Below, in pieces: positions 51,801-63,130 of a stretch of DNA of 64,000 nt. Numbering within the stretch: the stretch's first letter is position 1; each line of letters starts with the position of its first letter. This DNA is from Octopus vulgaris (lineage: Eukaryota). Under the pieces are notes generated by a model. It had not been told where the DNA came from. It saw nothing but the letters and a program-made list of their open reading frames with translations, and did not search any database. Position numbers and translations under genes: made by a program. The stretch is from NCBI GenBank assembly GCA_951406725.2, contig OX597822.1, forward strand, positions 78,244,001-78,308,000, written 5' to 3'.

Positions 51801-54470
51801 ATGTATCACCTCTCTACAGCAGGACACCTGTTTCTGTCCCCTTTTCCTACTTTAGCCTCTCTACATGTAGCACATAGCCATGCCCCTTAATATTGCACCT
51901 CAACACTGCAAAGTGGTTTCATGAGTTACTTGGTGATGCCATTTGTGCTGATAACACAACAAAAAAAAAAGCATCCAGTACACTCTGTAAAGTGGTTGGT
52001 ATTAGGAAGGGCATCAAGCTGTAGAAACCATGCCAAAACAGACAATTGAAGCTGGGTGCAGCTCTCCTATTTGCCAGCCCCTGCCAAATTCCCCAATCTA
52101 TGCCAGTATGGAAAATGAATTTTAAGTGGCAGCGGAGAATTTAAAAGGCATTGGTAAAATAACTAACTTTTATTTTCATTGGTTGGTTGGTTAGTTGGTT
52201 GGTGTTAGGAAGGGTATTAATCTGTAGAAACCCTGCTAAAACAGACATATGCCCTTCACACAGTCCTCTGGCTCATCAGCTCCTGTTCAACCATCCAACC
52301 AATGCCAGCATGGAAAAGGGGACATTAAATAGTGATACGGATAAGCATACACACACATATGTGGTGGTGGGGTTGTGTCTCCCTTTTTTGACATCACGTG
52401 ATAGTTATAACTCAGTGTCATTGTTATACAAGCAATATCATTCATTTCTGATATTATTCTGTAAAAATACATCTGTCAGTGCTTGAAAACAGGTATAGGT
52501 TGGTGACAGAAAGAGCATCCATCTGGAGAAAATCTGTCTCAAATAAATTCCATCCAACACATGCAAGTATGGAAAAGTGTAAGTTCAAATTTGAAATGAC
52601 ATTATATATAATAATAGAACATTTTGATCATTGTAGGTTAACTCAGTCAAAGTCAACCTGTGGTTAAACAACACAATCTTTAAGCCCTGATCACGGGATA
52701 TCTCACAGAAGCTAAATCTATGACACACCTTGATTTACCATCTTAATTCATTCCTGAAGACCATTTGTCTCCCAAAACTATTTTTCCAACAGGAAATTCA
52801 AGAGAGGCTACATTGAATTGAAGCAGGGATGTGCACTGAATGGAAACTCAACAGAAACTGACACCCTCTTGTTGATAATCCCAGCTCGTCGCTACCCTGT
52901 GTATTCTTTATTCAAGACATCATTTGTCACACAAGACATTTTTATGTTTGAAACATTGTCTCTAAACCAATTTCTTCATGATGAGAGGCATTCGTAAACC
53001 AAGGTTCCATTGAATATCTTGGGACATAAAAGATTCGCCTCTGTCTGATCGTCTAAGTTTGTGTGTGTGTGTATGCATGCACACGTTACCTCTATTATTT
53101 AACCCTCTTCATACCAACCCAGCTGAAACCACTTCTGGCTCTGTAGTACAAACATCTTGTTCGCATAAGTTTTGAATTAAAATCTTCCACCAAATCTTAG
53201 TCACAATTTATGTTCCTAACACTAGCTTAATGATAACTAAGTTATTTTACTAAATTCTTTGTTATATTTTAAATTAATTGAAAGAAACACAGAGCATCTC
53301 AAAATAAATACGGTAACGAAAGGGTTAAAGCTAATTTTATTAATTTCTGTTAATTTCAGTAACCCTAACCTTGTGATATACTGCTGTGACTTTTCTTCCA
53401 AAGCTATTGATCTTGTCAAGGTAAGACTATACCATTCGAATATTCTTATATACTGTGCTACACAATACTGTGTCACACCACAATTCAATACTTGATTTAT
53501 GCTACAACTCAGTACACAATAAATTTATTTACACAGCAATAATTTATTTAGGAATTATCTCCCATGTAACATTTGTAAATTTTCTCCCTTTGTAATGCCT
53601 TCCTATTTATCCCTGCCTATCATATGATTGCTAACTTTAGACATTTATTTTTGCCATCATAACTAACTAACTATATATAGTGTTTATGGCTAATGGAAAG
53701 AAAATATAGATTTACAATTAACATAACATATTATTATTATATTATATAGCTACAAATATAATCCTACAAATTGTTTCAATTCAGACCAAATAATGAATTA
53801 ATAAAAATTTCGTGTTTATGGCTAAGAATCTCAGTAGGGAAATATTTGACAAAAATTACATATGAGGATTGTTAGATCCTAGAATATATATATCATCATG
53901 TTGATCCACTTTTAATCCACTTTTCTATGTTTGTAAGGGTCAGATGGAATTTGTTTACTGCAGGAAGGGTATCATAGAAAAGCTGCCTCCACTAATTCTA
54001 TCTGACCTATGCAAGCTTAAAAAAGTGGATGATAAATGGTGACAGTGATGATATAAGGATAAAGATCCTTCTCTAGTCATATAGACTCATGGGGCCAGTT
54101 TCCCAGTTTCTGACATATACATTCTCCACCTGGAAGGGACACCAGTCCATCGCAGGATTGCTCATTTTTGTGAAGGGAAGTGTTTTGTTCAAGAACACAA
54201 TGCATTGCTTAGTTAAGGAATTGAAACCACAATCTTACAATCAGGAGTCCAGCACCCTAACCACTAAGCCATGCACCTCCACATAGACACACAAAAATTC
54301 TATTATGAAAGCAAGGCATGTGTCAGTGTGGGTGGTAAGCTCTCTGAACACCAGCTGCAAGAAACAAGCACTGTTGCCACATTTGTGCAAAACGATGTAG
54401 GTATGAAGAGCCATATCCATCCCACTTTAAGAGAACAATCCAGCTGTGGCAGATAGATAGATGATAGACA

Positions 54471-54513
<43 letters not shown>

Positions 54514-54702
54514 TATGTGTGTGTGTGTGTGTGTATACAGGTGCAGGAGTGGCTGTGTGATAAGAAGCTTGCTTCCCAATCACATAGTTCTGGGTTCAGT
54601 CCCACTGCGTTGCACCCTGGGCAAGTATCTTCTACTATAGCCTCAGACCAACCAAAGCCTTGTGAGTGGATTTGGTTGATGGAAACTGAAAGAAGCCTTT
54701 TG

Positions 54703-54735
<33 letters not shown>

Positions 54736-57700
54736 TTGTGTGTCTGTATTTGTCCCCCCACCATCACCTGACAACTGATGTTGGTGTGTTTACGTCCCCA
54801 TAACTTAGCGGTTTGACAAGAGAGACCAATAGAATAAGTACTAGATTTACAAAGAATAAGTCCTGGGGTTGATTTCTTTGACTAAAGGCAGTGCTCCAGC
54901 ATGACTGCAGTTAAATGACTGAAACAAGTAAAAGTATAAAAGACTAGATAAACAGATAGATAGATAGCATATATACACATGCTCTTAAATGATTGAACCA
55001 TCAATAAAATAATTTCCATCACTTCCTACTTCAACAGGAACATCCAGAATTTGAACCTTCACGCTGCTACCCATTTGTATGTGACATCACCAATGAGTAT
55101 TCTCCAGTACCGTTTGAAGAAAACAGCCTCGATATTATTATTATGATATTTGTCCTTAATGCTATTAGTCCAAACAAGTAAGAATCACTTTTGTCTTCAC
55201 TCAACAACCGTCTTTACTTCTATTTCACTTTGCACTCATCATAAAATGTTGTTCTATTTCTTCCTACCTACTTTCATACATGAAAGTATGTAGGAAGTAC
55301 CAACTCCACACAGCAGTGCCTGTGCCTAGGCTGTGGATCCAAAGCGTTTTATGTGTTTGATTTTCTATACAGGTGATGATGATGATGATGATTTTTATTA
55401 TTATTATTATTATTACACTAAAGTTGGAACAATAAAGATATTACTCTGTTACTGTTTGCCCTTGTGATAAAATCCCCCAGCACACTCTGTTAATGTGGTT
55501 GGTGTTAAGAAGAGCATCTAGCCATAGAAACAATGCCACAATGGACAGTTGGATTCTGGAGAGCTCCCTGCTAGCCAGTTCCATGTCAAACCATCCAACC
55601 TATGACAACATGAAAAGGGGATGTTAAACAATGATGATGACAACGACAACGCTGGCTTCTTCTTCCTCCTCCTCCTACTCCTCCAGCTCTGATGCAACAG
55701 AGATATTCCTGCCATGACCACCTTGTCTTTTATTCACACAGAGTGCTTTTAGCACTACATCAACTAATGTGTCTTTTCCTCTTCTTTATGACATGAAAAT
55801 GTAATTTGAAATTCCTCTGCTATTTCGTGTGACAGAGGTTCTCCTCATTGAAGTATATTATATATCATCATCATCATCGTCATCATTTAATGTCCCATGT
55901 TCCATGCCAGCAGAAGATGGACTGTTTGACTGGATCCTATGGGCCCAAGGCCTGCATCATGCTCCAGTGTCTGCTTTGGTATGGTTTCAACAGTTGGTTA
56001 CCCTTCCTAACGCCTATCACTTTACAGCACATGCTGGGTGCTTTTTTCGTGCCACCATGCAACTTGCAGGACTACTAACTCCAAGGGGGGAATGGGGTCA
56101 GTTTTATGCTAGGAGATGAGAGGTTAACCATTTCATTATCATATTTATGTTAAAATACACTACTTCTTCTTTTAGCTAATTTGAAAATAATGGAGCATTT
56201 AGTAAAATAACTTTTTAAGCTGGTGCTTGGTACATAAATTATCATGAAATATTGGTGAACAACTTTGATTTCAACCACTTTAAACTAATTAACATCATAG
56301 AAACAGGAGTGATCTCAGGTAAATGTTGGTGCAAAAAGAGTTAAAGCAAGGAGTGGTTGGCATTAGGAAGGGCATCCAGCTGTAGAAACCAAGCCAAATT
56401 AGACTGAACCTGGTGCTGCTCCCCAGCTTACCAGTTCCAGTCGAACCATCTAACCCATGCCAACATGGAAAACAGATGTTAAATGATGATGATGAATGCC
56501 ATGGTATATTGAATATTCCATCTCCTCTCTTTTACCTCAATGCTGTCTTTACATTTACTCTACTTCTCTCTCTCTCTTTCTCCCGACAGGATGCAACAAA
56601 CTGTGAACAGATTAAGTAGTTACTTGAAACCAGGAGGTCTTTTACTGTTCAGAGATTACGGTCGCTATGACATGGCCCAGCTACGATTCAAGAAAGGTAA
56701 GCAGGATTTGCTTCAGGGAGTCCTGACAATGCAGTTTGTTGATCTGGGATTGAAAGTGATTGATTTCTGAACCACAAGGTCATAATTTCAGCCTATTTCT
56801 ACATCCATTGTGTTTGCTGTCAGGTATCTTGTGGCTATGTTGTTAAGAAGTTTACTTCCAAACCATATGGTTCCGTGTTCAAACTCTCTGCATGGCACCT
56901 TGGGCATAATGTGTCTTCAAACATAGCTTTTGGTGGAGGAAATTTGGTCAACAGGAATTATGCAGAAACCCTCATGTATCTATGTGTGTGTGTGTGTGTG
57001 TGTATAGGGTAACCGCCTTTGGTCATGAATGACCATGGGATTGCACCCAGAAAGTTCCTCTCTGAGGCACAAGTCAGGGCAAAGTTGGTTATGGAAGGCC
57101 GTGCATACCAGCTTCTCCCCTCCACGCCACTGATATTATCCAAGGGAAAGTCAAAGGCCAATACAACTTCACACCAGTAATGTTGCAACTCATTTCTACA
57201 GATGAGAGATCTAGAAATAAAATGTCTTGCTCAGGAACACAACACACAGCCCAGTTCAGGAATTGAACTCACGACCTCATATAATCGTAAGCTTGACACT
57301 TTAACCACTGAGCCATGCGCCTTCACATATATATATAGAGTGGCGAATACTCATTATAAATATCACCACCAGTGGCCTAGCATGTATAAAAAGTCAATAG
57401 ACAACATATTCGTATTTCAAAATAGAAAATTACCCTTTAACAGGTAGGCTGCTATTTCTAGCATGTAAAAATTACCTGTTAAAGGGTAATTTTCTATTTT
57501 GAAATACGTATATAGTTATATAGATATATATATAATGTGTGTCTTTTGTCTTTTACTTGTTTCAGCCATTGAATTGTGCCCATGCTGGAGCACTGCCTCA
57601 AAGAGTTCTCTGGAACAAAACCCCACTACTATTTTCTCTTTATAAGTCTGGTACTTATTCTATTGGACAATTTTGCTGAACCACTAAGTAAAAGATTGTA

Positions 57701-60700
57701 AACAAACCAACACTGATTTTCAAGCAGTGAGGAGAACAAACAAAGGCACAAAGAGACACACCCACACACACAGCAGTGTGTATATACAGTGTATAACAGT
57801 ATATATACAGTGGAGGGAACCAGTGGAAGAGGAAGACCCAGGAAGATATGGGATGGGTGGTGAAGCACATCCTTCAAATGTTGAGCCTTACAAAGGCAAT
57901 GACAAGCAACCGGGACCTTTAAAGATATGCTGTACTTGAGAAGACTCGACAAACCAAGTGAGATCGCCCATTTAAGAGCACCCTTCAATCATCGGGCAAT
58001 ATGCTTTGCTTGTGAAGACTTGTTGAACTGAGTGAAATCGTAGTTATGGCCAATGCCAGTGCTACTTGACTGCCACCTGTGCTAGTGGCACATAAAAAGC
58101 ACCATTCAAGCATGGCCAATGCCAGTGCCACCTGACTGGCACGTAAAAAGCACCATTCGAGTGTGGCCGATGCCAATACCACCTGACTGACTCCCGTGCC
58201 TGTGGTACAAAAAAGCACCCACCACACTCTCAGAGTGGTTGGTGTTAGGAAGGGCAACTAACTGTAGAAACCTTGCCAAATCAGATTGGAACCTGGTGCA
58301 GCCTCCTGGCTTGCCAGTCCTTAGTCAAACTGTCCAATCCATGCCAGCATGGAAAGCGGATGTTAAACGATGATAATGATGGCAACAGTTTTCCACCCAG
58401 TTTCCATCTATCAAATTCACTCGTAGACCATTGGTTGGCCCAGGGCTATATAGTAAAAGACAGCTGCCCAAGGTGCAGGGGGCTGAACCTGAAACCACAG
58501 GGTTGTAAAATGAGCTTCTTAACCACAACCAACCCTGTGCCTCCACATAACCAAAACCTTAAATTTCTTATGATTATCAGTTATGTTCTAAGTTGAAACT
58601 CCTTTGCATTTCACTTTACATTTAATGTTCCTCTTAATCTTCCCGTAAAAATGTGTCTACTTGTGTCCCCAGTGTATGAAACGCCTTGTCATTCTTCTCA
58701 ACATTTTTTCATTACCACACACAGGTAGATGCTTGTCAGAAAACTTCTATGTCCGCCAAGATGGTACTCGAGTATACTTCTTTACCCAAGGTAAGTTCAC
58801 TTTCAGTAACATGAACACACACACATGCATAGACATGTATTACCAGCCTCTCATTGAAACAGCAGGTAAATCTCTTTTAACTCTTTAGCATTTAAACTGG
58901 TCTTATCCGGCCCGAATACTCTACCTCTTTTTGGTTTTCAAACCACCCAAATTCAGCCTTTCACCCTGCCCTACAATTCTGTTAAAGATAAAGATATACT
59001 TTGGGCAAGTTCTTCTACTATAGCCTTGGTCCGACCAAAGCTTTGTGAGTGGATTTGGTAAACAGAAACAGAAAGAAGCCCATCATATATATATGTATGT
59101 ATATATATATGTGTGTGTCTACATATATATGTCTATATATATACATATATATATACATATGTATGTATATATATGTATATATATATATATATCATCATCA
59201 TCATCATCATCGTTTAACGTCCGTTCTCCATGCTAGCATATATATATACATTTATGTGTTTGTGTCTGTTTATACCGACAGAATAAAATACTAAGCTTAC
59301 AAAGAACAAGTCCTGGGGTCAATTTCATTGACTAAAATCCTTTAAGGTGGTGCTCCAGCATGGCCATAGCCAAATGACTGAAACATGTAAAAGAATGAAA
59401 GAATATCATTGAAACTTCATAGCTACAAGATAACTGCATGATTAATTAGAAAACAATGTGAATAAATAATCATTACATTGGCCAGAGTAAGGGTTCAGTC
59501 ACATCATTCCATCATCATCAGCTGTATTCTGTGCTGGCATGCGTTGGACAATTTGACAGGGTCCAACCAGTCAGAAGACGCCCTCCCCATCACCACCACC
59601 ACTGCATGTTTTAGCATGGTTTCTATGACTGAATGCCCTTCCTGACTATTAACAAAAAAAGAGTAGGATATTTTGGGTTTGTGGTTAAGAAGCTTGTTTC
59701 GCTACCATGTGACTTTGGGTTCAGTCCTATTGCATGGCACCTTGGACAGTGTGTACATGTGTGTGCACATGTGTGTGAATGTTTAGATCAGTGGTTCTCA
59801 GCTGCAGCTTCCAGGGCCACATGTGGGCCTCAAGCATCCTTCCAGCAGGCCCTCAATGGTCTTCTCATAATAAATACGATAAATTTTACTTTACTTGACT
59901 TGCGTTTTATTTATTCCTTTTTTTTTTGTGCACACTCCACCCCCAAACTCCAGGTTTCGAATTTGGCTCAGATATTAAAAAGATTGTGAACCATTGACAA
60001 ATATCTGCTAGTTCTGTGCCTTTGAAGATGAATAGAATAAGAGATCCTTTAGCATGAGAATCGGTTAATTCCAGGAAGGGAACTGGCTGCTTGTTTCCAT
60101 GTGCTTCACATTGTCACCGATTTAGTATAAATGTCTCCTTGGTTCTGTTCTTTGGCTTGCCAGCTCTTGTCTAACCATCCATTCTCTACCAGATGGAAAA
60201 ACGGACGTTAAATGATGATGATGATGATGATTACCAAAACATGTCATCCTCATTTTAAAGGTGTATGGGAGCTTATTAAGGGAGATATAGGGGCAATTCA
60301 ATAATAGGCTGAGTTACCAAGTCACAATAGGATAGCAGGAAGGGGCCAGTTGTATAGACCAGGTCAGTCCCTGATGTTTCTAATGAATAGACCTCTGATC
60401 AAAGTAACACAGCTATTACCATCTCATCATACTTTCATACATAATAAGGGCTGCCTTATCAAATTATATGTATCCTTTTTAAGAAGAACATAGTAAAGTA
60501 TGCTGTTTCGAGCAAGTGAAACTGTCAGGTACAGGCACTCTCGTCGCCACGCAATTATTTCCCTTAGCACCATAAGACAGAAAAAAATAAAATGATATAT
60601 TTAAATGTTGGTTGATTTTTTTCAGTTTTCCTTTCAGTAGGGAAAATGGTTGATTGAAATGTGCCAACATTATTACGATTATATAACTGGTATTTATTTA

Positions 60701-61437
60701 ACTGATTCCATAGTCTCAAACAACTGAAAGTCAAAATCTCACAACTGCAGCCCATGGGATTTTCTGAATGGTATATCTAACAAAGAATTACCAACAATTG
60801 TTTTAGCAATGCATCCTTTCTGACAATGAGCCATGTCTTATGTTGCCTGCTTCTCAAAAAGAGGTTGCTTTTGTCTGTTTTACACAGACATTGTTGGTTA
60901 GACAATGGAAGGGTGAAGAGGTGAACCGTTATTAGGATGTGATAAGGGCTGAAGTTGACCTGAATCCAGCCCTGCATATACACACACACTCATACAAACA
61001 CTCACACATATACACACCTAAGGACACTCACTCAATCACACGTACACACACCATGAAAAAAGAGGCTAACCACAGACTGTGTAAAACATGAGAATGAGAA
61101 AAGAGGTTAACCACAGTCACTCGGCTACTAGAAATAGTGACTAAATCTTCCCGATTTCACCTTACCATCCTGTTTTTGCCTGCTTGATTAATATTGACTT
61201 GTGACTGAACAACCAAAATCGAAATTTAAACCCTTCTCAATTAAACACTCAAATATATAATTTTTTTTTTTCACCCTCTCTTTTCCAGATGAGCTAAGAC
61301 AGATGTTCACCCAGGCTGGCCTGGTGGAAGAGCAGAACATCATTGACCGGCGCCTCCAAGTAAACAGAAGTCGACAATTGAAGATGTACCGTGTGTGGAT
61401 CCAGTGTAAATATCGCAAGCCGTTGTCAACGAGTTAA
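40193..61437 (+). CDS. METTL2: Spliced METTL2/METTL8-family (Trm140-like) tRNA N3-methylcytidine (m3C32) methyltransferase. Isoform A join(40193-40311,48228-48319,49488-49903,51700-51749,53360-53420,55038-55177,56590-56696,58725-58790,61289-61437) = 399 aa; isoform B uses 44676-44866 as first coding exon = 423 aa
   Basis: Hand-spliced ORF is open with GT-AG introns and matching phases (1200 nt for isoform A). Family motifs seen: [38 protein letters not shown] motif [71 protein letters not shown]. Confidence 0.95.
42619..42800. mobile_element. Small MITE with about 50-bp TIRs in METTL2 intron 1
   Basis: ATAGTAGGGTAAGCTGGTTTATGGGGTTACCCTGG..CTTGCTCA / TGAGCAAG..CCAGGTTAACCCCATAAACCAGCCTACCCCACTAT. 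Confidence 0.8.
44676..44866 (+). CDS. METTL2: METTL2/8 alternative first coding exon 1b (putative mitochondrial presequence plus [21 protein letters not shown])
   Basis: Acceptor ttttgtctgtatatttcag ends at 44670; ATG in gaaATGg context; the 3' part is homologous to exon 1a; donor TG|GTAAGG in the same phase 2. Confidence 0.85.
48228..48319 (+). CDS. METTL2: METTL2 exon 2 ((W)[30 protein letters not shown])
   Basis: Pyrimidine tract plus ccag acceptor; first G completes TGG with either exon 1a or 1b; donor G|GTTAGA. Confidence 0.92.
49488..49903 (+). CDS. METTL2: METTL2 exon 3 ([35 protein letters not shown], acidic low-complexity insert, KIYRFFE)
   Basis: aatcag acceptor, open frame, FFKDRHWL motif, donor GAA|GTAATG. 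Confidence 0.93.
51700..51749 (+). CDS. METTL2: METTL2 exon 4 ([16 protein letters not shown]; SAM-binding motif I)
   Basis: tgtcag acceptor, GTAAGT donor, 50 nt. Confidence 0.95.
53103..53324. mobile_element. piggyBac-like MITE with TTAA TSD; related degenerate copies near 43100-43335, 56125-56345, 58878-59490
   Basis: TTAA-CCCTCTTCATACC...GGTAACGAAAGGG-TTAA. Confidence 0.75.
53360..53420 (+). CDS. METTL2: METTL2 exon 5 ([20 protein letters not shown])
   Basis: tttcag acceptor, AAG|GTAAGA donor, CDFS motif. Confidence 0.95.
55038..55177 (+). CDS. METTL2: METTL2 exon 6 ([46 protein letters not shown])
   Basis: caacag acceptor, GTAAGA donor, SLDII.IFVL.AI.P motif. Confidence 0.94.
56590..56696 (+). 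CDS. METTL2: METTL2 exon 7 ([35 protein letters not shown])
   Basis: CT tract plus gacag acceptor, G|GTAAGC donor, LKPGG..FRDYG motif. Confidence 0.96.
57411..57508. repeat. Perfect 36-bp inverted repeat with 26-nt spacer in METTL2 intron 7
   Basis: CGTATTTCAAAATAGAAAATTACCCTTTAACAGGTA (57411-57446) and its exact reverse complement (57473-57508). Confidence 0.95.
57805..58385 (+). mobile_element. RTE LINE 3' end with (GAT)n tail; tail-only copies recur in the introns (e.g. 43645-43850 -, 45430-45650 +, 55480-55640 +, 56350-56495 +)
   Basis: [25 protein letters not shown], then CCATGCCAGCATGGAAAGCGGATGTTAAACGATGAT. Confidence 0.8.
58725..58790 (+). CDS. METTL2: METTL2 exon 8 ([22 protein letters not shown])
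   Basis: acacag acceptor, G|GTAAGT donor, YVR.DGT motif. Confidence 0.96.
61289..61437 (+). CDS. METTL2: METTL2 exon 9, terminal ([49 protein letters not shown])
   Basis: ttccag acceptor; conserved C-terminal motif; TAA at 61435-61437. Confidence 0.96.
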
Positions 61438-61471
61438 TTGTTATTTTCTTAGTCAACATTGAAATTTAGCA

Positions 61472-61483
61472 AATAAAAATAAA
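61472..61483 (+). terminator. Tandem AATAAA polyadenylation signals of METTL2
   Basis: AATAAAAATAAA about 35 nt after the stop codon, in AT-rich context. Confidence 0.6.
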
Positions 61484-62519
61484 TTTATTAATTTAAAACA
61501 GTGAAAAAAAAGTAACTTAATACAAACAGTTTTGCTGATTTCAAACAAAGATGTATATATATATATATCCTATGTGTATATACATATATACACATATAAA
61601 ATTATCTTGTATGTATGAGTATGTGTGTGTATATATATATGTATCTATCTATCTATCTATATATATATGTATAAAACTTTGTGTGTATGCAAGTATGTCT
61701 GTAGGCATGTGCTTGGCTGTGTGGTTAAGAATCTTTGGAATCATGTTGTTTCAGGTTCATTCCTACTGCATGGGTCAACCAATGCCTTGTGAGTGGATTT
61801 GGTAAACGGTAACGGTATGGAACCCTGTCATATGTGTGTATGTCCTTGTAGTTTAGTTGTTTGGCAAAAGAAACTGATAAAATAAGTATCAGGCTTTAAA
61901 AAGCTATATCCAAGATTCAAATTGTTTGACTAAACCCTTGAAGCTGGTGCCCCAGCATGGTCACAGTCAAATGACTAAAACAAATAAAAAGATAAATATA
62001 TATGTAACCTTCATCCACTTTCCATGTGGGCATGGGTTTGTTGGGTCTTCATGGTCCATGTGAATTGATGGCTACCCTGGTATATACAAGGCAGTTACAG
62101 ATATGTTGCAAGGAACAAAGAAGGATCCAGGTCCTTGGAGTTCTATGATTCCAATAACCTAATTCATGAAACCGGTCAACCATCTAAACCTCTACCACTC
62201 GGATGAACACCCTAGTCAGATAGCCTTCACATTCTCCAGAAAATGGAAATAATGTCTACTTGTGAATACTAAGTCTTTCCCAAGTGAAAAATGTACCATT
62301 TAAGATTGACTAGTCATTAATTATATCAAAGTAAGTGCAGACAGACCGTCAGAGACAAAATAGCCTGAGGAGAGAAAATATGGAAGCTGATAACCACATG
62401 TTAATTGAAAGAAATATTAGATGACATTGAGAAGATGGAGATTTATGACTTACAATAGAAAACAAATCACGCAGTGGGAGATCATCAGCTAAGACCACTG
62501 AGAGGAATTGATTTCTACG

Positions 62520-63130
62520 GACAGACAAATCATAATTGGTGAACCTGCTGTACAACTGGATTTGTGATCGCAATGCATTACAGAAGATGGTGAAAGATGA
62601 AAGCGTCTGCCAAATGGACACCTCATCAGTTAACAAGCTTGTCAAAAAAGGTGGTTAGTGATAAGAAGGCAAGAAAGGCTGCTGGACCCTCAAGAGATGA
62701 TCACTGAAATACTATAAATACATGGCAAAGTAAAATATATTAGTCAATCAGGTAGTAGAGGAGTGTGTTGTCTCCATTGACTTTCGCATCATCAATTGAT
62801 ACAAAAACAAAAGTGATGCTTTGGTAAAAGCAACTGCAGAGACATCAGATTGATAGACCAATATGGAAAGCAACAAACAGAAGTTTTCACTAATTAGGAA
62901 GAGGGAGATAGAGCTTAAGTGAAATGTTGGCCAAGGTATTCCATTACCTTATTCCTGGTGAGACAACTACAAGAGATGTTATTAGCAAAAATCAGTCCAC
63001 TATACTTAGTATTCACTGACCTGGGAAAAAGTCTCTGACGGAGTTTCCCACTAAGTAAGTCGTGTGATGGCTAAGAAAACACTGCAGATGAATGTTTGTG
63101 AAAGCCAAGCAAATATTGTATCATGATACT
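62520..63130 (+). mobile_element. Heavily decayed LINE (probably RTE) RT relic
   Basis: Fragments YKNKSDALVKSNCRDIRLID and FTDLGK resembling YKGKGDA..CxNYRGIxLL and FxDLEKA. Confidence 0.45.

Noticed and set aside
40193-61437. Assignment as METTL6 (suggested by YVRQDGT)
   Set aside because: The HNAWDNV.W N-terminal motif, the long insert before motif I, and [15 protein letters not shown] are METTL2/8-type features
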